64,000 bases of DNA from an uncultured Anaerolineales bacterium (GTDB taxonomy: Bacteria > Chloroflexota > Anaerolineae > Anaerolineales > E44-bin32): assembly GCA_965195195.1 (NCBI GenBank), contig CBDAFF010000057.1:16074-80073 (forward strand). Direction: 5' to 3'. The translations under genes were made by a program, and so were the position numbers. The notes under the pieces were generated by a model. It searched no databases and had not been told where the DNA came from. It was given only the letters and a program-made list of their open reading frames with translations. Below are positions 1 to 8,335 of this stretch, piece by piece. Within the stretch, counting starts at the first letter, position 1, and each line of letters starts with the position of its first letter.

Positions 1-1272
1 ATGAATGTGATAGGCGAAGTCGATCGGAGTTGAGTCTGCGGGGAGATCGATGATGTCTCCTTTGGGTGTGAAGACATAGACACGATCATCGAACACGTCC
101 GATTTCATCGCCGCGACGAAATCGCCGGCGTCATCGACATCTTGACGCCACTCCATCAAACGGCGGAGCCACGTTACTCGCTGTTCGAACGAATCGTCCC
201 GCGACCGCCCCTCCTTATAACGCCAATGCGCCGCGATCCCATATTCTGCATTCTCATGCATTTGTGGTGTTCGTATTTGTACTTCCAGGGTCTTGCCATC
301 ATCATAGATAACCGCAGTGTGCAACGACTGATAGAAGTTATCCTTCGGAGTGGCGATGTAGTCATCAAATGTGCCCGGCACAGGCTTCCAGTGGTTGTGA
401 ATCACACCCAATGCCAGATAACATAAGGATTCGCTCTCGACAACCACCCGCACGGCGCGCACATCATATACCATGTCAATGGGCACACCCTTACGCTCCA
501 TCTTCCGATAGATGGAATAGAGATGTTTGGGCCGTCCTGTTACTTCCGCCTCGATTTCATACTCAGAGATATATCGCCTTAGTTCAGCCGTGACTTTTCT
601 AAGTTTTTTCTCACGATCTTCCCGTCTCTGGGAAACGAGTGCTGCGATCTCTTTATATTGCTCGGGGAAGGCAAACCGGAAAGCCAAATCTTCAAGATCC
701 CACTTCATTTGCCAGATACCGAGACGGCTGGCCAACGGCGCAAAAATCTCCAGTGTTTCCTTAGCAATCCTTGTTTGCTTCTCTGGAGGCAAGTGAGAGA
801 GGGTACGCATATTGTGCAGTCGGTCTGCTAGTTTGATCACGACAACACGGACATCATCACCCATTGCAAGAAACGTCTTCCGCAGGGTTTCTTTCGCCAA
901 ATCACCTTTCAAGGCGAGTGGGTCTCGAGCCCGCTTCCCACTGTGGCTTACTCTTGGAAGTTGGGTTAACTTCGTTACGCCATCGACGAGTGTGCGGACT
1001 TCTTCGCCGAAGTCACGTTCGATGTCATCCAGAGTGATTGGAGTATCCTCGACGGTGTCATGAAGCAATCCTGAGACAATAACGGGGATAGGCGCACCCA
1101 AGTCAGCAAGTATGCCCGCCACGGCGAGGCAGTGATTAATATAAGGTTCTCCAGAGGCTCGTTTCTGCTTGCGGTGGACTTTTTCCGCGACCATGAAAGC
1201 GCGCTGAACTATCTCCCGCTCGGCAGGAGATGTTTTTTCTGGCAGAGAATCGAGAAGACCTTGAATATCCAC
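1..1272 (-). CDS. rel: bifunctional (p)ppGpp synthetase/hydrolase, RelA/SpoT family; C-terminal part lies beyond the left window edge
   Basis: Absent from the ORF track because it runs off the edge. My reverse-strand translation from GTG at 1272 gives INHCLAVAGILADLG and GLLHDTVEDT (HD hydrolase), then RPKHLYSIYRKM, DVRAVRVVV and QIRTPQMH (synthetase). An in-frame TAG lies just upstream of the GTG. Confidence 0.9.
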   Translation of the reverse strand, partial: MDIQGLLDSLPEKTSPAEREIVQRAFMVAEKVHRKQKRASGEPYINHCLAVAGILADLGAPIPVIVSGLLHDTVEDTPITLDDIERDFGEEVRTLVDGVTKLTQLPRVSHSGKRARDPLALKGDLAKETLRKTFLAMGDDVRVVVIKLADRLHNMRTLSHLPPEKQTRIAKETLEIFAPLASRLGIWQMKWDLEDLAFRFAFPEQYKEIAALVSQRREDREKKLRKVTAELRRYISEYEIEAEVTGRPKHLYSIYRKMERKGVPIDMVYDVRAVRVVVESESLCYLALGVIHNHWKPVPGTFDDYIATPKDNFYQSLHTAVIYDDGKTLEVQIRTPQMHENAEYGIAAHWRYKEGRSRDDSFEQRVTWLRRLMEWRQDVDDAGDFVAAMKSDVFDDRVYVFTPKGDIIDLPADSTPIDFAYHIH

Positions 1273-1292
1273 GTGCTGTTTACCCTATGCAC

Positions 1293-1321
1293 AGTATAGC
1301 GCCGTCCCAAAGCGCGCTCAA
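1293..1321 (-). promoter_or_regulatory. candidate sigma70-type promoter for rel (TTGAGC-N17-TATACT on the minus strand)
   Basis: Reverse complement of 1293-1298 is TATACT and of 1316-1321 is TTGAGC, with a 17-nt spacer, about 20 nt upstream of the GTG start. Confidence 0.35.
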
Positions 1322-1332
1322 GGGTTTATCCT

Positions 1333-1366
1333 GACAAAATAGGCTGAGTCTAAGACCGACTCAGCC
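1333..1366 (-). terminator. intrinsic terminator downstream of the PPIase gene
   Basis: Minus strand reads GGCTGAGTC-ggtctta-GACTCAGCC followed by TATTTTGT. The stem is 9 bp and perfect. Confidence 0.6.
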
Positions 1367-1418
1367 CACTTGTAATCCCTGGTTGGCTTGGAATTGCATT
1401 TAAGAATGTATCGTTTGA

Positions 1419-2642
1419 TTAGATACCCAATGGACCGGATGGCGGGAGATGATCCTGCCAATCATCGACGACAATGATCTCGGCATCCGTGGTCAAATCA
1501 TCGATCCAATCTTCGAAAGCACTATCGACGGCTTCCTGATAGGCAGTATCGGAGATCTCTCGATCCTGTCGGTCAACAACGCGCAGGAGATGCCAGCCGT
1601 ATTGCGATTCGATCGGTCCGACAACTTCATTAACCGGTGCTGAGAAAGCGATAAAACCCATCTGGCCGAGGATTCTAACCAGATCGTCCAGGGTATTCCA
1701 CCCCAGATCCCCACTGGACTCACGAGAGCTCTGATCCTCCGAATACTCCAGTGCGATGTCATCCCAAGCATCCCCAGACTCAAGTTGTTCCAGTGCTTCT
1801 TGGGCTATTTCTTCGTCGAAGACGAGAATATGTTGGATAAGCACTTGCTCTGCAACACGCTCAATCTCCGGTTCAAATTGCTCCCTAACCTTCTCTTCAA
1901 GCAACTGCGCCTCGATATATGCATAGAAGTCTGCTTCGCTGATTCCGAAGTCAGATAGCGATTCAAGGAACTGTGCGTAATCAACTTCATATGCCTCCAG
2001 CACATACGGAGTTGCTGTTGGAATAGGAGTCTGCGGGAGTGTAGAGGTCGGGGATGGTTCTATAGTTGATTCAGGCGCAGCTGCAATCTCCGCCACTTGG
2101 GTGGCGTCTGGCGTGGGGGTTGGGAACGGAGTAGGCGTTCCCTCCGGGTAGAAGCCAAAGCTATGTTGGAGCTGACGTTCGATTTCTTCCGGAAGAACGT
2201 GAATCCCCATTTTCTCTGCTTCTTGCCTGATCAAGGTCTCGCGAGTCATCTCATAGATCACTTCTTGGCCGATGAGCTCCGGATATGCGAGCTGTGTTCG
2301 GATCTGATTCTGGAGTTCTTGGATGGTCGTTAAAGTTTGTGGATCGGTCGCGAAGAGTTGTTCCATTTGCGTATAGGAATTTAACTGGCCGAGGAGTTCA
2401 CGCTGATGGATCCGCACACGTCCTTGAAACTCGCCCTGTGAGATCGCATCTTCATTGACAGTCACAACCGTCTGTTTTGGCTGTATATATGCACTATCAA
2501 TCCAGCCATAGCCCAAGATTCCAATCGCGACTACCGCTATCGCGATAATAACTCCCAAGAGCCAACGGCTTTGTATTCGTTCTCGTTCTGCACGAGCTAG
2601 ATGCTTTTTCGTTGTGCGTAGTGGAGCCCGTTGCTTCGTCAT
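1419..2642 (-). CDS. membrane-anchored parvulin-type peptidyl-prolyl isomerase (SurA/PrsA-like)
   Basis: N-terminal TM helix (LLGVIIAIAVVAIGILGYGW). C-terminal PpiC-like segment (HILV...GDLGW...GPIESQYGWHLLRV). GGAG Shine-Dalgarno upstream of the ATG. Confidence 0.75.
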   Translation of the reverse strand: MTKQRAPLRTTKKHLARAERERIQSRWLLGVIIAIAVVAIGILGYGWIDSAYIQPKQTVVTVNEDAISQGEFQGRVRIHQRELLGQLNSYTQMEQLFATDPQTLTTIQELQNQIRTQLAYPELIGQEVIYEMTRETLIRQEAEKMGIHVLPEEIERQLQHSFGFYPEGTPTPFPTPTPDATQVAEIAAAPESTIEPSPTSTLPQTPIPTATPYVLEAYEVDYAQFLESLSDFGISEADFYAYIEAQLLEEKVREQFEPEIERVAEQVLIQHILVFDEEIAQEALEQLESGDAWDDIALEYSEDQSSRESSGDLGWNTLDDLVRILGQMGFIAFSAPVNEVVGPIESQYGWHLLRVVDRQDREISDTAYQEAVDSAFEDWIDDLTTDAEIIVVDDWQDHLPPSGPLGI

Positions 2643-2786
2643 GCCACATTAACTCCTTCGTGTTTCATGAACTCCGATTTCTACCCCCAGCGACAACCTA
2701 AGTCACGATTTGAATCAAGAAAGTCGGGCAAGAGAACGCTCACATTCGTATGACTCCCCTCGCCCACCGTTAACTCCAGGTTGATG

Positions 2787-3119
2787 CTAACGCAATCTCT
2801 CGACCGTGAAGGGAAGCAAAGCCATATGGCGTGCCCTCTTGATTGCACCGGCAACCATGCGTTGGTGTGTTGCGCAATTTCCTGTCTCACGGCGGGAGCG
2901 GATTTTCCCGGATTCCTTGATGTAACGTTTGATAAGCTCGTGTTGTTTGTAATTAATGTGCGTCGTCTTGTCTGCACAAAACTTGCAAAGTCGAGGGCGT
3001 CTTCGATATTGTCGACGCGGTCCACCTCTTGATCTTGTGCCTGTTGAACTTCTTCCTGTTTGATTGCGTTGTTCTGTCAAAGTAATCTCTCCATTCTTTT
3101 CGTAAGCCCAGATGCACAA
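2787..3119 (-). CDS. rpsR: 30S ribosomal protein S18
   Basis: CKFCADKTTHINYKQHELIKRYIKESGKIRSRRETGNCATHQRMVAGAIKRARHMALLPF is a classic S18 core. The longest ORF (to 3194) would overlap ssb, so I place the start at the TTG at 3119 just after the ssb stop; this start is uncertain. Confidence 0.8.
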   Translation of the reverse strand: MCIWAYEKNGEITLTEQRNQTGRSSTGTRSRGGPRRQYRRRPRLCKFCADKTTHINYKQHELIKRYIKESGKIRSRRETGNCATHQRMVAGAIKRARHMALLPFTVERLR

Positions 3120-3123
3120 GTCA

Positions 3124-3516
3124 TTAGAAGGGGAACTCGCCTTCTTCCTCGTCCTGGTCAAAACTCGTGCGGACTGTCTCTTTCTTCTCGCCAAGCATAA
3201 TCATCTCTTTGGCGACAAGCTCCGTTGTGAAATGTTTATTCCCCTCAGCATCTTCCCAACGTCGGGTTTGCAGCCGACCTTCAACGTAGACCTGCATTCC
3301 TTTATGAAGATGCTGATTACATATCTCAGCCAATCCCCCCCATGCCACGACATTAAACCATTCTGTGTCTTCATGGCGCTCACCATCAGCGGAGTGCCAT
3401 GTGCGCGATGTGGCAACGCTGAAGGTTGTGACCGGTTTACCAGAAGGGGTATAACGCATCTCAGGATCACGCCCCAGGTGACCGATGATCATTAACTTGT
3501 TTAAACCTCGACTCAT
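3124..3516 (-). CDS. ssb: single-stranded DNA-binding protein
   Basis: OB-fold N-terminus (LNKLMIIGHLGRDPEMRYTPSGKPV). Acidic C-terminal tail ending EEEGEFPF. Located between rpsF and rpsR. Confidence 0.9.
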   Translation of the reverse strand: MSRGLNKLMIIGHLGRDPEMRYTPSGKPVTTFSVATSRTWHSADGERHEDTEWFNVVAWGGLAEICNQHLHKGMQVYVEGRLQTRRWEDAEGNKHFTTELVAKEMIMLGEKKETVRTSFDQDEEEGEFPF

Positions 3517-3564
3517 CTCGCTTTGCTCCTACAAATGATGTAGGTAAATTGTCGAGAAAACGGG

Positions 3565-3855
3565 TTAAGTCGTCTCTTGGAGCGTCACCATGAAGCGCAT
3601 GAGCTCTTCATTCAAACTCATATCTCGCTCGACTGCGATAGGTGCGTCTGTTGGCATTTCGGCTTGAATGAAAACGTAATAGCCTTCATTCTTCTTGTTG
3701 ATAGAATAAGCAAGCCGACGCTTTCCCCAACGGTCGATTTCCCCGATCTTGCCACCGGCAGCATCAATCCAACCAGTGACTTTACCTTCGAGTTCTTCAA
3801 GTCCTTCTTCATCTACATCGGGGTCAACAATATATGCAACTTCGTAATTGCGCAT
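3565..3855 (-). CDS. rpsF: 30S ribosomal protein S6
   Basis: MRNYEVAYIVDPDVDEE...WGKRRLAYSI signature. AGGAGG Shine-Dalgarno. Canonical rpsF-ssb-rpsR order. Confidence 0.9.
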   Translation of the reverse strand: MRNYEVAYIVDPDVDEEGLEELEGKVTGWIDAAGGKIGEIDRWGKRRLAYSINKKNEGYYVFIQAEMPTDAPIAVERDMSLNEELMRFMVTLQETT

Positions 3856-4205
3856 AGAGGTCCTCCTTTCCTCGGGTTTACCCTCACAACAACTTCGGGC
3901 GAAGTTGGTTGAGAGCGGAAAGAACGCCTGGGTATAGGCGTTGCAACGGAGAAAAGTCTATCATGAACACCCCTCTTTGACAACCTTCTCTAGTCCCATG
4001 CTTTCTTTCACGGTATAATCTTTCGGTTGATGTACGTCCGTATCCTATTGGTCAGTTGGATGCAACTGTACCGACCTTTGAACTCGTATCACATTGGGCA
4101 GAAGCGCCTTTTTCACTTGCGAGGCCAGGTCAAGACGTTCGCCTGGCCTGTTTCTCGTAAGCGCCCACTCGCTGGCAAACTAACTCCGATATCCGGGGAG
4201 GCAGA

Positions 4206-5633
4206 ATGACACGGAATCCGATCAAATTCGGTACAGACGGCTGGAGAGGGCGAATAGCTGAAAACTATACTTTTGAAGCTGTCCGCCGGTGCAGTCATGG
4301 TTTTGCTAAATACCTTCTTGAGGTTGAGGGATCGGAAAAACCAGTGGTCATCGGTTACGACAAACGTTTTGCATCACAGGCCTTTGCGGAATCTGCGGCA
4401 GAGGTGATGGCCGGCCACGGTTTCCACGTGCTTCTCACGGATGGTCCTACCCCCACACCAACGATCTCCTACTCCGCGGTCCATCAGGGTGCCGCCGGAG
4501 CGATAAATATCACTGCATCCCATAACCCATCGTCCGATAATGGCTTTAAAGTAAGAGATCAGTATGGTGGAGCGATCGACCCTGAAGGTCTGGGAATCAT
4601 CGAAGCCGGGATTCCCGATGACGATCAGAAAATCCCGCGCGTGAACATCCGCGAGGCGCTTGCTTCTGGTGCAGTTGAGCGTTTCGATGCCAGCCCAGCG
4701 TACTTCGCCCAGCTGGAGAAGCTGGTGGATCTAGACACTCTTCGAGACGCAAGTTTAACAATCCTGGTAGATGCTATGTGGGGAAATGGCGCTGGATGGT
4801 TTTCGAAGCTCCTGTCTGGCGGCTCTACCAAGGTGATCGAGATCCACAATACGCGCAATCCGATATTCCCCGAGATGACACGTCCCGAGCCGATCCCACC
4901 CAATATCGATGTGGGCTTGCAGCGATCCGTTGAAGAAAATGCCGATGTGCTCCTCATCACTGATGGCGACGCCGATCGGGTTGGATTGGGTGACGAACAT
5001 GGGAAATTCGTCAACCAGCTGCGTGTATTTGGGCTTCTCGCGTACTACCTTCTTGAAGCCAGAGGGGAACGTGGTCCAATTGTCAAGACTCTCTCAACTA
5101 CTTCGATGCTCGAGAAACTCGGAGAGATCTATGATGTCCCGGTTTTCCAAACTGGTGTTGGTTTCAAATATGTTGCGCCGAAGATGCTCGAAGTTGATGC
5201 TTTGATCGGTGGTGAGGAATCCGGAGGTTATGCATTCCGTGGTCATGTCCCCGAGCGGGATGGCATTCTGGCTGGATTGTATCTTTTAGATATGATGGTT
5301 CGTCTTAATCGAAAACCAAGCCAGCTGGTCGAACTGCTCTTCGAGAAAGTCGGGCCCCACTACTACGATCGGATCGACACACCTCTATTCCCTGAGAAAC
5401 GGGCGGAATATAAAGAAAATATCTCCAATGCCCAACCGAAAGAGGTGGGCGGTTTGAAGGTGACAGACATCCTTACGGTGGATGGCTATAAATTCTCGCT
5501 TGAGGATGGCGGCTGGCTCCTGGTCCGTTTTTCTGGGACCGAACCAATCGTTCGCGTATACTGTGAAACCACTCAGGCAGATCGCGTTAAGCCTCTGCTC
5601 GAAGATGGTCTCAAGTTGGTCGGAGTTAGATGA
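4206..5633 (+). CDS. phosphoglucomutase/phosphomannomutase family (alpha-D-phosphohexomutase)
   Basis: Active-site [14 protein letters not shown], metal loop DGDADR and sugar loop GGEESGG. GGGGAGG Shine-Dalgarno. Confidence 0.85.
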   Translation: MTRNPIKFGTDGWRGRIAENYTFEAVRRCSHGFAKYLLEVEGSEKPVVIGYDKRFASQAFAESAAEVMAGHGFHVLLTDGPTPTPTISYSAVHQGAAGAINITASHNPSSDNGFKVRDQYGGAIDPEGLGIIEAGIPDDDQKIPRVNIREALASGAVERFDASPAYFAQLEKLVDLDTLRDASLTILVDAMWGNGAGWFSKLLSGGSTKVIEIHNTRNPIFPEMTRPEPIPPNIDVGLQRSVEENADVLLITDGDADRVGLGDEHGKFVNQLRVFGLLAYYLLEARGERGPIVKTLSTTSMLEKLGEIYDVPVFQTGVGFKYVAPKMLEVDALIGGEESGGYAFRGHVPERDGILAGLYLLDMMVRLNRKPSQLVELLFEKVGPHYYDRIDTPLFPEKRAEYKENISNAQPKEVGGLKVTDILTVDGYKFSLEDGGWLLVRFSGTEPIVRVYCETTQADRVKPLLEDGLKLVGVR

Positions 5634-6457
5634 GCGGACACCCAACCATATTAGTGGATACCCATTGCCACTTGAACCTGCCGGCGTATGATGCCGACCG
5701 GGAGGAAGTGCTGGAAAGGGCAAGGTCGGCGGGAGTGGAGAGGATACTAGTTCCGGGGGTTGATCTCCAGACAAGTCAGATCGCGATCGAACTTGCGGAA
5801 AAGCACGATGATGTCTTTGCTGCTGTAGGCATCCATCCTCATCATGTGAGCGAATGGTCGCCAGCCCTTGCCGATGAAGTTACCAGCCTTGCGCAATCAC
5901 CGAAAGTCGTTGCCATTGGCGAAATTGGCCTAGACTACTATCGTAACCTTTCGCCGCCAGAGAAGCAGAGGATCGCCTTCGCAGACCAGCTCGAGATCGC
6001 GAGTGCATTGAAACATCCTGTTCTGATCCACAACCGTGAAGCAATAGGAGATATACTTGAACACTTGAACACCTGGGTCCTGAATCTACCCCCTACCCTT
6101 TCGGCCCGAGCGGGCGTGTTGCATGCCTTCTCTGCAGATTTGGATTCTGCGGCAAAAGCGATACAGCAAGGTTTTTACATTGGGATTGCAGGACCGATTA
6201 CATTTCCGAAAGCCGAGACGCTTCGCGATATTGTCTCGCAGTTACCTTCTGACCGGCTGGTACTAGAGACCGATTCTCCCTATCTGACACCGGAGCCACG
6301 CCGAGGAAGAAGGAATGAACCAGCGCATCTCGAGTGGATCGCCCAGAAGGTGAATGACATCCGGGATGACGAGTACAACACAATACGGGCAACAACAAAC
6401 AATGCAAAAAAACTATTCCAGTGGTCACATGACATCACAAACCGCAACATTCATTGA
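5630..6457 (+). CDS. tatD: TatD-family metal-dependent hydrolase/DNase
   Basis: VDTHCHLN start motif, GEIGLDY, ETDSPYL. ATGA overlap with the upstream gene. Confidence 0.85.
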   Translation: MSGHPTILVDTHCHLNLPAYDADREEVLERARSAGVERILVPGVDLQTSQIAIELAEKHDDVFAAVGIHPHHVSEWSPALADEVTSLAQSPKVVAIGEIGLDYYRNLSPPEKQRIAFADQLEIASALKHPVLIHNREAIGDILEHLNTWVLNLPPTLSARAGVLHAFSADLDSAAKAIQQGFYIGIAGPITFPKAETLRDIVSQLPSDRLVLETDSPYLTPEPRRGRRNEPAHLEWIAQKVNDIRDDEYNTIRATTNNAKKLFQWSHDITNRNIH

Positions 6458-7400
6458 TCTGACCCGTCCTTATCTAGAGGAAATTGAGCTCGTCATGCGC
6501 CAGAGCGCGGGGCACCATCACGCCAGCCTGGACAAGGCAATTGATCATCTGCTCTCCTCGGGTGGCAAGCGCATCCGTCCGATTGCCGCAATTCTCATCG
6601 GATTGATGCTCGATGCAGACATCAACCGGATTACGGTGCACGCTGCTGCCATTGAAATGCTTCATACAGCAACACTTGTGCATGACGATCTTATCGATGG
6701 CTCTTTGCTCAGACGAGGCCTGCCGACTCTGAATGCCCAATGGACCCAGGGCGCGACGGTCCTTGCCGGGGATTACATCTTCGCCCGTGCAGCACGCCTT
6801 GCCGCAGCCACCGATTCGCTTGTCCTGATGGACTCATTTGCCCGCGGTCTGATGACAATTGTAGGTGGCGAGATCACGCAGTTATTCAACCAGGAGTTCA
6901 TTACGACCCACCAGTCATACCTGGACCGGACCTACGCAAAGACCGCTTCCCTATTCGAAGTGGCGACAGAGGGCGCTGCAGTTCTCAGTGGGGCGAGCGA
7001 GGAAACAGTTGAAGCGATGAAGCTGTATGGATATTACATTGGTCTCGCCTTCCAAATTGTCGATGACGTGCTGGACTTCACGGGTGAGCAAAGCCAAATC
7101 GGTAAACCTGTAGCCAGCGATTTGCACCAGGGATTAATTACGCTCCCGACTCTATATTTCCTTGAAGATCAATCCAACGGTAAAATGCTTATAGAAAGGT
7201 TGCAGAAGAAAGAAGTCAAAGAAAACGAACTTGAACAAATTATCGAGGATATTCGTAGTTCTTCTGCAATAAGACGTGCTCTTCAACAAGCGGATGAATT
7301 CGCAAAAACCGGTGAGGCTCAGTTGGAATTAATGCCGGATAAGCCTGAGCGTGATGCGCTTTACGAACTCGCCCGATACGTAGTCAATCGCAGAGCCTGA
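6429..7400 (+). CDS. trans-polyprenyl diphosphate synthase (hepta/octaprenyl type)
   Basis: First DDxxD motif LVHDDLIDGSLLRRG and second motif FQIVDDVLD. The start is moved from the longest ORF (6354) to the ATG at 6429 to limit overlap with tatD. Confidence 0.85.
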   Translation: MTSQTATFIDLTRPYLEEIELVMRQSAGHHHASLDKAIDHLLSSGGKRIRPIAAILIGLMLDADINRITVHAAAIEMLHTATLVHDDLIDGSLLRRGLPTLNAQWTQGATVLAGDYIFARAARLAAATDSLVLMDSFARGLMTIVGGEITQLFNQEFITTHQSYLDRTYAKTASLFEVATEGAAVLSGASEETVEAMKLYGYYIGLAFQIVDDVLDFTGEQSQIGKPVASDLHQGLITLPTLYFLEDQSNGKMLIERLQKKEVKENELEQIIEDIRSSSAIRRALQQADEFAKTGEAQLELMPDKPERDALYELARYVVNRRA

Positions 7401-7415
7401 TAAAAGGAGACGATC

Positions 7416-7748
7416 ATGGAAATTAACATACAGGGATATAAACGCGTTACTGTCGTGACGGTTACAGGGCGTGTTGATTCTGTGACCTATAGTGAATTCG
7501 AGAATGCTTTACAAGGGGAACTGGAGCAGGGAAAGGTCAATATCGCCCTTGATTTGTCCGGTGTTGAATTCATCTCCTCCGCGGGACTGCGTGTCCTGGT
7601 AAATGCGAGGAAAACCGTTAAGAACGCAGGGGGAAGGGTTGTAATCGCCCAGCCCAGCCAGCAGGTATCAGAAACACTTGAGATCGCTGGCTTGGAAGTC
7701 CTCTTTGAACAGTTTCCCGATCGCGAAACGGCAATTGCCGCATTCTAA
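7416..7748 (+). CDS. STAS-domain anti-sigma-factor antagonist (SpoIIAA/RsbV-like)
   Basis: 110 aa. DLSGVEFISSAGLRVL contains the phosphorylatable Ser context. AGGAG Shine-Dalgarno. Confidence 0.8.
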   Translation: MEINIQGYKRVTVVTVTGRVDSVTYSEFENALQGELEQGKVNIALDLSGVEFISSAGLRVLVNARKTVKNAGGRVVIAQPSQQVSETLEIAGLEVLFEQFPDRETAIAAF

Positions 7749-7754
7749 CGGATC

Positions 7755-8174
7755 ATGGTGAAGAAACATATGAAGATCGATGGTCACCTTGATCAAATAG
7801 AACGCGTCGGTCGCTTCGTTCAAGAAGCTGCCCAGGATGCTGGTTTTGACGAAATGGAAAGCTATGCATGTGAGCTGGCTGTCAGTGAGGCCTGCGAGAA
7901 CATCATTCTGCATGGCTATGGCGATGATTCGATAGGAGAGATCGAAGTCTCAGTCCAAACGGAACCTGACAATATCACAATTGAGTTATGGGATGATGCT
8001 CCACCATTCGATCCTGCAAATTCTCCCATTAAACTCGACCCATCGATGGATGATCCACCTATTGGCGGTTTGGGACTCGTCATCATGCACAAAGTTATGG
8101 ATGAGATGGAATATCACCGTCGGGAGGGACGCAACCAATTACGAATGCGAAGGTCTCGCAAACCACCTGCATAA
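7755..8174 (+). CDS. anti-sigma regulatory Ser/Thr kinase, HATPase_c (RsbW/SpoIIAB-like)
   Basis: N-box-like ELAVSEACENIILHGY and G-box GGLGLVIMHKVMDEMEY. Lies 7 nt after the STAS gene. Confidence 0.75.
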   Translation: MVKKHMKIDGHLDQIERVGRFVQEAAQDAGFDEMESYACELAVSEACENIILHGYGDDSIGEIEVSVQTEPDNITIELWDDAPPFDPANSPIKLDPSMDDPPIGGLGLVIMHKVMDEMEYHRREGRNQLRMRRSRKPPA

Positions 8175-8239
8175 GCGGGTGCGAGCTTCCGGATATATGT
8201 TGCCGGAAACCCACACTGAAGGCACACTTCAGGAACAAG

Positions 8240-8270
8240 ACCCATCCCCTCCTTTTGGGATGGGTTTTCT
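8240..8270 (+). terminator. intrinsic terminator after the RsbW-like gene
   Basis: ACCCATCCC-ctcctttt-GGGATGGGT followed by TTTTCT. Confidence 0.6.
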
Positions 8271-8335
8271 ATGCTACGATACGAGCTACAAACCTTCCGA
8301 AGCTGAATCATCTCTCCTAACGGAGCACGCCGAAT

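Noticed and set aside
2681-3194. Overlapping ORFs around rpsR (2681-3025 minus, 2781-3032 plus) and the 135-aa longest form of rpsR, which overlaps ssb by 70 nt.
   Set aside because: Only the frame containing the S18 core motif is credible. The N-terminal 25 codons of the longest form overlap the ssb C-terminus, so a TTG start just after the ssb stop is more plausible.
6354-6428. Longest-ORF N-terminal extensions that overlap upstream genes: polyprenyl synthase 6354, DUF1461 20222, gene C 25331, MFS 49533, GNAT 50442, ccdA 43307.
   Set aside because: The extensions overlap the preceding gene by 80-130 nt, have atypical composition, and in each case an internal ATG gives a tidy junction or a better Shine-Dalgarno. 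I report the trimmed coordinates, but the starts remain unverified.
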